DNA of 64,000 bases, from assembly GCA_016218255.1 (NCBI GenBank), contig JACREN010000002.1, positions 4,029-68,028 of the forward strand, written 5' to 3'. The translations under genes were made by a program, and so were the position numbers. Shown one piece after another: positions 9,634-21,719 of this stretch. Every line of letters begins with the position of its first letter. The stretch's first letter is position 1. The notes under the pieces are model-generated. The model worked only from the letters and a program-made list of their open reading frames with translations, ran no database searches and was not told the DNA's origin. The stretch comes from Candidatus Gottesmanbacteria bacterium. Lineage in GTDB: Bacteria; Patescibacteriota; Microgenomatia; UBA10105; UBA927.

Positions 9634-11500
9634 TGCCTTCGTACAAATAAAGGGTTGGCTGTACCCGCGCAAGATCAGTTTCCCTAGCAGACCGAAAATG
9701 ATCCAATGCAGATGAGCAGTCTTTTAAAAACAGATCCGTAAGACCTGCATACGCATGCGCGTCACTTAGCTGGGTATCACCATCAGTATATATCGCCTTG
9801 GCAAAATACCGTTTGGCATCATCAAGCTTACCGATCCGAAGGAGCGTTTTGCCAAATTCCACCCCTGCACCCGCGTAGACATCCAGTACATCTGCAAGCA
9901 TAAGATGGCGGTAGCGTGCAAGAATACCTTTTTGAGGATCATGATACTGTTCCCACCGCACATTATTAACCGCAAGTACTGAATCCGTAGACGGCGCATC
10001 AGTGAGTCGCACCAGACGGTAAATTAATCCTTCCTGCACCCATGCTTCACCGGCTGAAACCGCCAGGGGATATACTGAAAATATCGGAAACCGGCTCCTG
10101 TTCATCGCGATAAAATCAGTCAAAAACGACTCGCCGGTTTTGGACGGAACGGATAATTTTGGAAAGACACGCGAAAGAACTACTGGATAATCTGCAGTCG
10201 CAAGTCTAGATGCGTGTATGACCATCACATCCGGACGCCGGCCCAATGCATACCGGACATATTGTACCGTAAAAAGCGGTGTATCCCGAGATACAAGCAG
10301 GATGCTGTCGGCATCCACACCCGCAAGAATATCATATGCCAAGGCATCAGCCGTTCTGTCATTTGTGACACCCTGGAACTTCCACATTGTCGCACCCATA
10401 ACCTTCATGGGATAAATAAGCATCAAAATCGCAAACACCCAAAATAACAATGTATTTCGCCGCACTAATTGTAAAGACTGCCAGTATCCCAATCCGATGA
10501 GCACGGAAAAAAGAACATACGAAGGAAGTAAAAACCGCTCATATGTACCCAAGGTAAACCTGTTCGCGAGCGGAAAACTCGCATAAAAGAAAAATACAGG
10601 CCCCAAGGAAATAAGGCCAATCACCAAAAACCAAAACAAGCCTCGCTTGTGGATCCAACACCATACAAAGCCCAATAAAAGAAGCAGTACCCCGACTGTG
10701 GTAAGGTCCAGGACGAGGAATTGCCCATAGGCTTTTAACTGTGTCATTCGCTGGGACAACAATGTGCCGAATGCATTACCGGATACAAACGTACCGTAAT
10801 CTGCGCGGGTGACCAACCGGACAAAGGAGGAGATATCCACAGGCCGATTCCAATTTATAATGGATGGCCCGTGGCCGGCTATCGGAAGATATACATATGG
10901 CAATAATCCGATCAACACATAAAAAGGCAAACGGAAAAACGTGTGCCGATCCAACAATTGCTTGTGAATATATATCCAATACAGCAATGCAGGAACAAAA
11001 AATAGTATGACGTGATGATGACTTAGTGATAATCCAAACACAAACAAAGCCCAATGAAAATATACGGGCTTTTTTGTTTCAGACCAATAAATAAACAGGG
11101 AAAAGAGCAACACAAGGAACAAATCAAAAAGTCCGAACACTTCGGGCGTGATGCTATAGAGAAAAAAAAGATAATTACCGGCGAGTACCAGCGCGGCAAA
11201 AAAACCGACAAAGGATTTTCCTGTAAACCGCGCCGCAAGCGCATACACGATAGTCACAGTTGCAGCGTGGGTGAGAGACGAAAGCAAGCCAACTCGCCAT
11301 GCCGGGGTAAACCAAGGCAACCAATTCAAAAACCAGCCCAACAACGTGTACAACGGATACCCAGGCGGGTGGGGTACGCCAAAGGTCGCAGCCGCCGTAA
11401 CCAAATCTCCGCTGTCGCCGCCAAAAATACCCTTTGTCTGAAACAAGAGAAACAAAAGAAAACTCGCGGCAAAAACAAAGAAGGAAAATCCGCGACCCAT
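9536..11500 (-). CDS. DUF2723 (TMEM260/PMT-like GT-C fold) membrane glycosyltransferase with C-terminal TPR
   Basis: N-terminal motif FGGDSGDLVTAAATFGVPHPPGYPLYTLLGW typical of DUF2723; multi-TM; C-terminal TPR-like repeats; start chosen at Met overlapping pilin stop (ATGA). Confidence 0.65.
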   Translation of the reverse strand: MGRGFSFFVFAASFLLFLLFQTKGIFGGDSGDLVTAAATFGVPHPPGYPLYTLLGWFLNWLPWFTPAWRVGLLSSLTHAATVTIVYALAARFTGKSFVGFFAALVLAGNYLFFLYSITPEVFGLFDLFLVLLFSLFIYWSETKKPVYFHWALFVFGLSLSHHHVILFFVPALLYWIYIHKQLLDRHTFFRLPFYVLIGLLPYVYLPIAGHGPSIINWNRPVDISSFVRLVTRADYGTFVSGNAFGTLLSQRMTQLKAYGQFLVLDLTTVGVLLLLLGFVWCWIHKRGLFWFLVIGLISLGPVFFFYASFPLANRFTLGTYERFLLPSYVLFSVLIGLGYWQSLQLVRRNTLLFWVFAILMLIYPMKVMGATMWKFQGVTNDRTADALAYDILAGVDADSILLVSRDTPLFTVQYVRYALGRRPDVMVIHASRLATADYPVVLSRVFPKLSVPSKTGESFLTDFIAMNRSRFPIFSVYPLAVSAGEAWVQEGLIYRLVRLTDAPSTDSVLAVNNVRWEQYHDPQKGILARYRHLMLADVLDVYAGAGVEFGKTLLRIGKLDDAKRYFAKAIYTDGDTQLSDAHAYAGLTDLFLKDCSSALDHFRSARETDLARVQPTLYLYEGITMRDCVGDAGRAKHLLQEYEDLKKKEETPLR

Positions 11501-12009
11501 TACTGGACGCAGAAGTAGCAGTCGGTGCCGCCGGTAGAAGTCTGCGACTTGCACCCGCTGGAGACTACTGCTCCATCTGTGCTATACGTCGTGTTGGTAT
11601 CGATCTGAAAAGATTTGGACTCCGGCTTGAAACAGACTGCCATATGCTCGGGAGCAGTCGAGGTGACCAGGACTTTCGCCAAATTCCCTGTTCCTGCCAG
11701 ATCCATAAACCGATTTTTGAGTTCTCCGGCGTTGATAAGATCAGTAACGTAGCTGCCCATCGTATCGACCCCTGATGCCGTAAACGATGAGCTTGTTCCC
11801 CAAGGAAAATTTCCCTTGGTGGCATAATAGCGGAGATTCGCGTTATAAAATTCTGCCGTGGTATTTCTCAGTGATGTATCACGACCTTTTTTCAATTGCT
11901 CAAATGGATCAATCGTTGCCAATAGTCCTACTGCCAAGGCACCCAGTAACGCAATAACGATAAGAAGTTCAATGAGGGTGAATCCTTTTTTGAGGTGGGC
12001 AGTATTCAT
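11500..12009 (-). CDS. pilA: type IV major pilin (PilA-like)
   Basis: MNTAHLKKGFTLIELLIVIALLGALAVGLLA; C-terminal Cys-rich segment (GCKSQTSTGGTDCYFC). Confidence 0.8.
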   Translation of the reverse strand: MNTAHLKKGFTLIELLIVIALLGALAVGLLATIDPFEQLKKGRDTSLRNTTAEFYNANLRYYATKGNFPWGTSSSFTASGVDTMGSYVTDLINAGELKNRFMDLAGTGNLAKVLVTSTAPEHMAVCFKPESKSFQIDTNTTYSTDGAVVSSGCKSQTSTGGTDCYFCVQ

Positions 12010-12054
12010 AGGTCTTCTTTAGGTGTAACACACACCAAAAACAATTGTCAAGCA

Positions 12055-13266
12055 CTACTTAAACTGACTGGTGAGATTGTAAATGGGCGTAATAACGGAT
12101 ATCACGATAAATCCTACACCGACGCCCAATACGACCATAATAAGCGGCTCAATGGCAGTGGTCAGACCCCTGACAAGGTGCTCAGATTCCGATTCAAAGT
12201 AACGGGATAGCTTGGTAAGCGTATCGTCCAGCTTCCCGGTTTCCTCTCCCACTTTCATCATCTGCGACACAATCGGAGGAAACACCTCATACTGGCCGAA
12301 CGTTTCACCAAGGGGAAATCCTTTTTCCACTTTCTTGGCAATTTCACTGATTGCCTCGCGGAATAAGACATTACCAAGCGAATCCCGTAAGATATTGAGT
12401 CCTTCCAGGATATGTATACCTGCGGTAATAAGCATTGCGAGCGTTCTGGTAAATTCCACCAGAATAATTTTTTTCTGGAGCTCCCCAAAAAGAGGAATGC
12501 GGAGAATGAGGCTGTCCACCAGGTGTTCGCCGACAGACGTTTTTTTCCACCTCATAAATCCGATAGTCCCGCCGACAGACACCAGGATAATAAGCCACCA
12601 AAAATTCACAAAAAATCCGGACAGGGTAATGAGTACCTGAGTAGATGCAGGGAGCGACATCCCGAAATCCTTATACAATTCCGTCAATTTCGGGACAACT
12701 ACGGTCATCATGACCATAACAACCGCCATCATACCGATGACAATGATAACCGGGTAGATCATAGCGCCGGATACTTTGCTCCGGAATTCCCGCTGCGCTT
12801 CCAGTGTCTCGGCAAGCCGCAAAAGCACCTTATCGAGGGTACCCGATGATTCACCCGCATGCACGAGCGCGATATAAATATTGGAAAAATTTGCCGGATA
12901 CTTTGCCAATGAGTCTGCCAAATTACCGCCGCCCACGATCTGGTGTTCCACGTCCAAAAGAATCCGCGCGAATGCCGGATTGGTCGTCTGCGTACGCAAA
13001 ATCGTCAGGGCATCCGGAAGCGAAAGCCCTGCCACAATCATTGTCGATAATTGACGGGTAAAATTGACGATATCACCGAATCCGACCTTTTTGAATTTTG
13101 CCAATAACGCAGACAGCGATAAGTGTTCCTTGGATTCCGTCAATTTAATAACAAAAAGCTGTTTGTCGCGCAATAATTTCGTCGCAACATCACTACCAGG
13201 AGCTTCAACAAGACCGGAAATCGTTTTCCCTGATGTGTCCCGCGCTTTATAGGAAAAAAATGCCAT
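12055..13266 (-). CDS. pilC: type IV pilus assembly platform protein PilC (GspF family)
   Basis: 403 aa, two GspF repeats, 3 TM; N-term MAFFSYKARDTSGKTISGLVEAPGSDVATKLLRDKQLFVIKL. Confidence 0.85.
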   Translation of the reverse strand: MAFFSYKARDTSGKTISGLVEAPGSDVATKLLRDKQLFVIKLTESKEHLSLSALLAKFKKVGFGDIVNFTRQLSTMIVAGLSLPDALTILRTQTTNPAFARILLDVEHQIVGGGNLADSLAKYPANFSNIYIALVHAGESSGTLDKVLLRLAETLEAQREFRSKVSGAMIYPVIIVIGMMAVVMVMMTVVVPKLTELYKDFGMSLPASTQVLITLSGFFVNFWWLIILVSVGGTIGFMRWKKTSVGEHLVDSLILRIPLFGELQKKIILVEFTRTLAMLITAGIHILEGLNILRDSLGNVLFREAISEIAKKVEKGFPLGETFGQYEVFPPIVSQMMKVGEETGKLDDTLTKLSRYFESESEHLVRGLTTAIEPLIMVVLGVGVGFIVISVITPIYNLTSQFK

Positions 13267-13271
13267 ACCGG

Positions 13272-14324
13272 TTAATATTTAAGTAATCTTCCCAGCTCTT
13301 CCGGCCGCACCGCATAGGCTGTCGCTGTTTCTGCACTGATTTTGCCTTCCTTTACCGCGCGGGCAAGCGATGTCTCAAGGGTCATCATGCCCAGCTCTGC
13401 CGATGTCTGGATGACGTTGTCTAAAAGATGTGTCTTGCCTTCCCGAATCGTGTTTCGTACTGCAGGAGTTCCAGTAAGGACTTCTGCCACTGCCACACGG
13501 CCTCCTGCCACTGCAGGAACCAGTCGCTGGGAAAAGACTCCTTCCAGAGCAAAAGAGAGCTGCAGCCGCACCTGGCCCTGCTGGTTCTCCGGAAATACGT
13601 CCACAATACGGTCAATCGTCTGCGCCGCAGAATTTGTGTGCAGCGTGGCAAAGACTAAGTGTCCGGTTTCTGCTACAGTGAGCGCCGCCTGAATCGTTTC
13701 AAAATCACGCATTTCTCCCACCAGCACCACATCCGGATCCTCCCGCAGGACGCTGCGAAGCGCTACCGTCCAGGAATGCGTATCCTGATGCATTTCGCGC
13801 TGGGAAATGATGGAGAATCCCGGCGGATACACATATTCAATCGGGTCTTCAATCGTGACAATATGCGTCGCCTTTGTCTGATTAATGCTTTGAATCATCG
13901 CAGCCAGTGTCGTGGATTTTCCGTGCCCGGTCGGTCCGGTAACTAACACCAGCCCCTGACGCAATCCGACGAACTGTTTGCAAATAGTAGGGAGCCCCAA
14001 CTCATCAATCGATCTGATTTTTGATGGGATGAGCCGAAAATCCGCAGCTACTGTGCCTTTTTGATAGTAAACATTCGCACGAAACCTGCCCACCTGGGTG
14101 GCCACGGAGTAGTCGATTTCTCTATTGGTCAAAAACAATTCCTTTTGCTGGGGAGTAAATGTGGCAAAAACAAGCTGCTCCACGTCGGAAGGGGTCAGTG
14201 CTCCCGTTCCACCGATCGGCCCAAGTTTTCCTGAGACCCGAAGCATGGGTGCAAACCCAACGAGCAAATGGAGGTCTGCCGCTTCCAACCTGGCTGTTTC
14301 CGTAAATAATTGTTGTATATCCAT
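13272..14324 (-). CDS. pilT: twitching motility ATPase PilT
   Basis: Walker A VLVTGPTGHGKSTTLAAMI; PilT-type ...IVTIEDPIEY...; 350 aa. Confidence 0.85.
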   Translation of the reverse strand: MDIQQLFTETARLEAADLHLLVGFAPMLRVSGKLGPIGGTGALTPSDVEQLVFATFTPQQKELFLTNREIDYSVATQVGRFRANVYYQKGTVAADFRLIPSKIRSIDELGLPTICKQFVGLRQGLVLVTGPTGHGKSTTLAAMIQSINQTKATHIVTIEDPIEYVYPPGFSIISQREMHQDTHSWTVALRSVLREDPDVVLVGEMRDFETIQAALTVAETGHLVFATLHTNSAAQTIDRIVDVFPENQQGQVRLQLSFALEGVFSQRLVPAVAGGRVAVAEVLTGTPAVRNTIREGKTHLLDNVIQTSAELGMMTLETSLARAVKEGKISAETATAYAVRPEELGRLLKY

Positions 14325-14325
14325 A

Positions 14326-16068
14326 CTAGTCCTGTGCTACCCTTAGCACTTCTTCAAGCGTTGTCACGCCTTCGATCGCCTTCATGTAGCCGTCCTGCTT
14401 CATCGTTATCATACCGTCATTGATCGCCTGATCTTCTATAGTTTTCATCGGCGTGCGGGCCAATATCAGTTTACTGATTGCCTCAGTCACTGGGAATACC
14501 TCAAACACACCCAACCGCCCGAGATATCCAGATCCGCCGCAGGTACCGCATGGCTGGCCGTCCACCGTTCCTTTGCCCCGGTATAGCTTGATCGGTTTAT
14601 CTTTTTGAAGCAGATTTCCAAGAACCGACGCGATATCTGTTTTCACTGATTCCTCAGGATCATATTCTTCCCGGCACGTCCCGCACACGCGACGGGCGAT
14701 ACGTTGACCAATCACTGCATTGAGGGCAGATGCCACCAAAAACGGCTCAGCGCCCAAATCAAGCAACCGTGGCACCGCACCTGCCGCATTATTTGTGTGG
14801 AGCGTAGAGAAGACCAAGTGTCCAGTCAGAGCAGCCTGTATAGCTAAATCTGTCGTTTCATTATCGCGGATTTCTCCCACAAGAATGATATTCGGATCCT
14901 GCCGCAGAAATGAACGTAATCCCGTCGCAAACGTCAATCCTGCTGTCGGATTTATCTGCACCTGATTGACACCGGCGATTTCGTACTCGACCGGGTCTTC
15001 AAGCGTCATGATATTCACCCGCGATGTATTGAGCTTGGCAAGCACAGCATAGAGCGTCGTGGTTTTGCCGGACCCGGTAGGTCCGGTGACCAGAATAATG
15101 CCATGCGGCCGGAGTACATTTATTTCAAGATTCTTAAGCGCCGTCCCGCGGAGTCCCAACTCCGGAAGCGTCGGAATTCCACCGGATTTCTTCAGCAAAC
15201 GCATGACTATCTTTTCCCCATGGACTGTCGGCAGTGTGGATACACGGAGGTCCACCTCAGAATCACCCATTTTGAAATTAAACCGTCCGTCCTGAGGAAT
15301 ACGTTTCTCGTCAATTTTCATATCCGCCAAAATCTTTATGCGCGATACCACTGCTTCCCGTAATCCCCGGGGAAGCGCAAGTCTCTCCTGCAAAATACCG
15401 TCAACACGATACCGCACGCGGGTATCTCCAATCTGCGGCTCTATATGTACGTCTGATGCACGAAGCCTCATGGCTTGCTCTAAAATCGCGGAAACAATCT
15501 GAGCGATCGGCGCCTCCCGTATGACCTCGCCGAGTTTCCCTGCCTCGTATGTCTTGACCGAAAGCGGAGCAGTCTCAGCCAGCGCCGCAGACACATCCTC
15601 ACCCAAATTTTGGGTATAGACATCTTCAATCGCTGATACAATGTCTTCCTTTGTACCCATAAACGGCAAAACGTGCTTGGCTGACTTTTTTTCCAAAAAC
15701 TCAATCACCTGAAAATCCAATGGATCGAGCATCGCAACAGATAACTCGCCCTTCTTTTCATCAAATGAAAAGGGGACAAGCGTATAGCGCCTCGCGACTG
15801 CTTCGGGGATAAAATTAACAGCATTTGGAGCTATGGCTTTGCCGGCAAGTATCACGAAGGCAATACCCATGGCTTTCGCCCTGGCCGCAACCAGATCGTC
15901 TTCTGTCACCATGTGTTTACGAATTAGTAATTTATCGAGGGCCTCTCCGGAGCTTAAAGACTCCGAGTTAATGGCGTCCGCCTGTTCGCGGGTAAGATGT
16001 TTTTGTTCAACGAGAACACTTAATAAATCAGCACTTGAGGCAGGCATACAAACAAAATCAAAAGGCAA
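14326..16068 (-). CDS. pilB: type IV pilus assembly ATPase PilB (GspE family)
   Basis: N-terminal GSPII_E_N-like domain, Walker A VTGPTGSGKTTTLYAVL, tetracysteine CGTC...CGTCGGSG. Confidence 0.85.
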   Translation of the reverse strand: MPFDFVCMPASSADLLSVLVEQKHLTREQADAINSESLSSGEALDKLLIRKHMVTEDDLVAARAKAMGIAFVILAGKAIAPNAVNFIPEAVARRYTLVPFSFDEKKGELSVAMLDPLDFQVIEFLEKKSAKHVLPFMGTKEDIVSAIEDVYTQNLGEDVSAALAETAPLSVKTYEAGKLGEVIREAPIAQIVSAILEQAMRLRASDVHIEPQIGDTRVRYRVDGILQERLALPRGLREAVVSRIKILADMKIDEKRIPQDGRFNFKMGDSEVDLRVSTLPTVHGEKIVMRLLKKSGGIPTLPELGLRGTALKNLEINVLRPHGIILVTGPTGSGKTTTLYAVLAKLNTSRVNIMTLEDPVEYEIAGVNQVQINPTAGLTFATGLRSFLRQDPNIILVGEIRDNETTDLAIQAALTGHLVFSTLHTNNAAGAVPRLLDLGAEPFLVASALNAVIGQRIARRVCGTCREEYDPEESVKTDIASVLGNLLQKDKPIKLYRGKGTVDGQPCGTCGGSGYLGRLGVFEVFPVTEAISKLILARTPMKTIEDQAINDGMITMKQDGYMKAIEGVTTLEEVLRVAQD

Positions 16069-16172
16069 AAATCAAAATGCAAAACGACATATGTATTATT
16101 GCCGCTTTTCTACTATAATGCAAGGGATTTACTTTTGCATTTTACCTTTTAAATTTTTATTTTCTTTTTTGT

Positions 16173-16817
16173 ATGCATGCATATATTATCATCGGGGGGA
16201 CAAAGGATATACGCATGACGGAAATTCAGGAAAGGCTTAAAAAGGATCATATTTCTCCATTTGATATCATCGCCCTCAATTCTCCTGACGGAACGATTGG
16301 GATAGACCGAGTACGCGAATTTCAACACAATCTCATGTTTATTCCATATCACTCTAAACAAAAAATGGGGGTGATCTCAGACGCCGAAACATTAACCATT
16401 GAAGCACAAAATGCACTTCTGAAAACCCTGGAGGAGCCGCCTGCCCACACGATACTACTACTGGAAACAGCTAATCCCGACTTCCTCCTGCTCACCATTC
16501 TTTCCCGCTGCCAGATAATCCGTCTCAAGGGAAATCCGGATGTACCAACAATCGATGTTTGGTCGGCATTCGCAGGACCCATTGGTAAACGCATCCAGCT
16601 CGTGGACGAAATAGCAAAAACGCGGGACGAGGCAAAACAATGGGTCGAAAAGGCAATTTTTTCCGTCCGCCACGCCATGCTCCTTGAGCATTCCATACGT
16701 TATGCTGGGGTACTCCGCCGCCTTCTGGCTGCACGAAGCCATCTGGCAGCAAACGTCAACCCAAAACTGGTCATGGATGCCGTCGTTCTTTCCGAAGAAC
16801 ATGCCCCTGCGGACTGA
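16173..16817 (+). CDS. holB: DNA polymerase III delta-prime-like clamp-loader subunit
   Basis: AAA+ clamp-loader box AQNALLKTLEEPP, sensor-1 SRC; short 214-aa form. Confidence 0.6.
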   Translation: MHAYIIIGGTKDIRMTEIQERLKKDHISPFDIIALNSPDGTIGIDRVREFQHNLMFIPYHSKQKMGVISDAETLTIEAQNALLKTLEEPPAHTILLLETANPDFLLLTILSRCQIIRLKGNPDVPTIDVWSAFAGPIGKRIQLVDEIAKTRDEAKQWVEKAIFSVRHAMLLEHSIRYAGVLRRLLAARSHLAANVNPKLVMDAVVLSEEHAPAD

Positions 16818-17385
16818 TTTGGTAAATCAAAATTTCCCCGGTTGCTATCTCAACGTCGGCAATTTTTTCATCGGATACGTTCTCTAAATGCTTCACGAGC
16901 GCACGCAGAGAATTACCATGCGCCACGATTAACACGTTTTTTTCGGATCTGATGTGCGCTTGAATCGTCGATTGATAATAAGGGATCACTCGATCGTGTA
17001 CGTCTTTGAGACTTTCTCCGCCGGCAATAGGGTAATCCCAACTTCTTCTGATTTTCAAAAACTCCGCTTCACCCACAGCTTTTTTCACTTCCCATTTGTT
17101 TTGCCCGGTGTATATACCATAATGCCGTTCATCCAATGAGCGGTGGCGAACTACCGGCATATCTTTCACCTTAAGCCTTTCCGCAATCACATCGAGCGTC
17201 TCGCGTGTCCGCACTAATGTGGAAGTAAAATAAATATGAAAGGAAATGTCCAGCAAGAGTCCAGCAGCAAGTTCGGCCTCCTGCCTGCCTTTTTGGGTTA
17301 AATGGACATCAGTCATTCCGGTCCAGAGCCCTCGTGCATTCCACTCAGACTCACCATGCCGGACAAGCACAAGATAACTATGCAT
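16771..17385 (-). CDS. gpm: histidine phosphatase family phosphoglycerate mutase (dPGM-like)
   Basis: LVRHGESEWN catalytic His motif; HGNSLRAL second His; adjacent to pgk/gap. Confidence 0.75.
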   Translation of the reverse strand: MHSYLVLVRHGESEWNARGLWTGMTDVHLTQKGRQEAELAAGLLLDISFHIYFTSTLVRTRETLDVIAERLKVKDMPVVRHRSLDERHYGIYTGQNKWEVKKAVGEAEFLKIRRSWDYPIAGGESLKDVHDRVIPYYQSTIQAHIRSEKNVLIVAHGNSLRALVKHLENVSDEKIADVEIATGEILIYQISPQGHVLRKERRHP

Positions 17386-18562
17386 GATTTTTGAGCGCTT
17401 CTATCGCAGGCAGAGTACCTTTTTCCATAAACTCGAGCATCGCACTCCCACCGGTGGATACGTGGTGAATTTTCCCAAGAAGAGTCTGATCATGAATAGT
17501 AGAAATCGTATCGCCGCCTCCGATGATAGTCGTAGCCCCGCTTTCGGCCAGCGACCGGAAGACTGACTGGGTGCCTGCCATAAACCGGTCGTCTTCGTAC
17601 ATGCCCATCGGCCCATTCCAAATTATGGTCTTTGCCTCTTTTGCATACCCGTCCAACTCACGGCACGCCACAGGCCCTATATCAAAAATTCCAAGTGCCT
17701 TCGGGACCGAGTGAAACGGCCTCACTGATGGCTTTGCCGTCCTTCCACTATTACTGACGACGACATCGTTGGGGAGAATAAGCCGAGCATGCACGCGTGT
17801 GGCTTTCCAGAGTACTGCCCTGGCCATCTCGATCATCTCATGATCGACTTTTGATACGCCTACGCTTATGCCCCAGGTGGCAAAAAAAGTATTCGCAACC
17901 GCGCCTCCCAGATAGATGGTATTGGCTACATCCAGAAGCCTGTCGATCACGCGGATCTTCTCCGGGGTCTTTCCTCCTCCAATGATCAATAGAAGCGGCC
18001 TCCCGGGAGCAGCAAGGGCACACCCGATCATTGCGACTTCCCGGCTAAATAAAAAACCGGCATACGAAGGCAAAAATCTGGTAATCCCGACGGTCGAAGC
18101 ATGTGTCCGATGCGCAGTACCAAATGCATCATTGACAAAGACATCTGCAAAGCCCGACAGATGTCTCCCAAACCACACATCATTACTCTCTTCGCCCGGA
18201 TAAAACCGGATATTTTCACAAAGAGCCACTGTTCCCGCAGACATTTTTTTGATGCGTGGCAACGCATCACTCGCCCAAAAACGGTCAACCAACACCACCT
18301 GTTTGCCCAACAATTCTCCCAGCCGACCCGCCACACACGAAAGACTCAACGCCGCATCCGGCTTGCCGTCTGGACGCCCCATATGAGATATAAGAACCGG
18401 CGTAGCTTTGTGCTCCAAAAGAAATTCAATAGTCGGCAGGGCTTCCCGTATCCGCTGGTCATTGGCAATGCGCTGATCAGCCGCCAACGAAACATTAAAA
18501 TCCACACGCACCAGTACGCGTTTCCCTGCTATTGCCTGTGGGGTCACCGTAGGTATGTTCAT
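17378..18562 (-). CDS. pgk: phosphoglycerate kinase
   Basis: AGKRVLVRVDFNV N-terminal motif; full Pgk two-domain length; start at MNIPTV overlapping gap stop. Confidence 0.9.
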   Translation of the reverse strand: MNIPTVTPQAIAGKRVLVRVDFNVSLAADQRIANDQRIREALPTIEFLLEHKATPVLISHMGRPDGKPDAALSLSCVAGRLGELLGKQVVLVDRFWASDALPRIKKMSAGTVALCENIRFYPGEESNDVWFGRHLSGFADVFVNDAFGTAHRTHASTVGITRFLPSYAGFLFSREVAMIGCALAAPGRPLLLIIGGGKTPEKIRVIDRLLDVANTIYLGGAVANTFFATWGISVGVSKVDHEMIEMARAVLWKATRVHARLILPNDVVVSNSGRTAKPSVRPFHSVPKALGIFDIGPVACRELDGYAKEAKTIIWNGPMGMYEDDRFMAGTQSVFRSLAESGATTIIGGGDTISTIHDQTLLGKIHHVSTGGSAMLEFMEKGTLPAIEALKNHA

Positions 18563-19560
18563 GTCTTCTTCATTATGTGAGCAGCCATATCTACTAAACG
18601 GTTCGCATACCCCCACTCATTGTCATACCAGGCCGATACATGCACAAGCGTTCCGTCCGCGACATCAGTAAGAGATGAATCAATCACAGAAGAAAACGGC
18701 GAGCCTATATAATCAGTCGATACGAGTTCCTCTTCTGCCACCGCCAACGCGTTTTTCAATCCGGATTTTGCTGCAAGAATAAACAGCCGGTTTACGCTAT
18801 CAACTGATGTCTTTTTCTTTACTTCCACCACAAGATCAATCATTGATACCGCAGGCACCGGCACCCGGACGGAACGGCAGGGGAGTCTACCTGCTAAATG
18901 AGGAAAAATCTTCGAAACGTCTTTCCCTGATCCGGACGCCGTTGGGATAAGATTAACCAGCGCAGATCTACGGAGGCGCAAGTTTTTTTTGTGCGAATTA
19001 TCCAATAGATTCTGTGAATCCGTCACTGCATGAATCGTGGTCATATTGCCGCGTATCACTCCCAGCGCATCATCCAGCACTTTCAACACAGTTGCCACAC
19101 AGTTGGTAGTACAGGAAGAATTGGAAATAATGGGCTCTCCGCTATATGACAAATGATTCACGCCCATGATATAGGTAGGTGTCGCGTCTTTGGCTGGGGC
19201 GGATATCACGACACGTTGCACACTTTCTCGTATATGCTTCCCGGCCAATTCCGTTGTACGGGATTTACCCGTACACTCAAGGACGATATCCACACGCTCC
19301 GCGCCCCAAGGAACGTTAGAAGCATCCGCTGCCTGAAAACACCGGATGCGGTGATTGCCGGAAACGAGTATATCCTCCTCCGCAAAGACAGACTCATGCC
19401 ACAGTCCATATACTGAATCATGACGAAGAAGATAAGCATGAGAAGCGACGTCTGAATTGCTATTAATAGCTGCGAGTGTGAGGTCAGAGCGCGACAGAAT
19501 GATCCGCGCCGCGCATCTACCGATTCTGCCAAACCCGTTGATTCCAATGCATACCCCCAT
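18559..19560 (-). CDS. gap: glyceraldehyde-3-phosphate dehydrogenase
   Basis: IGINGFGRIGR Rossmann N-terminus; catalytic SNSSCTTNC. Confidence 0.9.
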   Translation of the reverse strand: MGVCIGINGFGRIGRCAARIILSRSDLTLAAINSNSDVASHAYLLRHDSVYGLWHESVFAEEDILVSGNHRIRCFQAADASNVPWGAERVDIVLECTGKSRTTELAGKHIRESVQRVVISAPAKDATPTYIMGVNHLSYSGEPIISNSSCTTNCVATVLKVLDDALGVIRGNMTTIHAVTDSQNLLDNSHKKNLRLRRSALVNLIPTASGSGKDVSKIFPHLAGRLPCRSVRVPVPAVSMIDLVVEVKKKTSVDSVNRLFILAAKSGLKNALAVAEEELVSTDYIGSPFSSVIDSSLTDVADGTLVHVSAWYDNEWGYANRLVDMAAHIMKKT

Positions 19561-19633
19561 AGTGTGTATGGTATATAAATATAGTATGCTTCGTCAAACT
19601 CCGCTTGACACGATTCTGACAACATGACCGCCC

Positions 19634-19662
19634 TAGACAACTATTTTTTTATCATCTATAAT
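19634..19662 (+). promoter_or_regulatory. sigma-70-like promoter upstream of gyrB (TAGACA-17bp-TATAAT)
   Basis: -35 TAGACA at 19634-19639, 17-bp spacer, -10 TATAAT at 19657-19662, about 75 bp before gyrB ATG. Confidence 0.4.
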
Positions 19663-19664
19663 GA

Positions 19665-21662
<1,998 letters not shown>

Positions 21663-21719
21663 TATTCTTCAAGCGATAGCGAGAAGTTCTCGCTTACGCT
21701 TGAATGATAAGGAGGTTCT

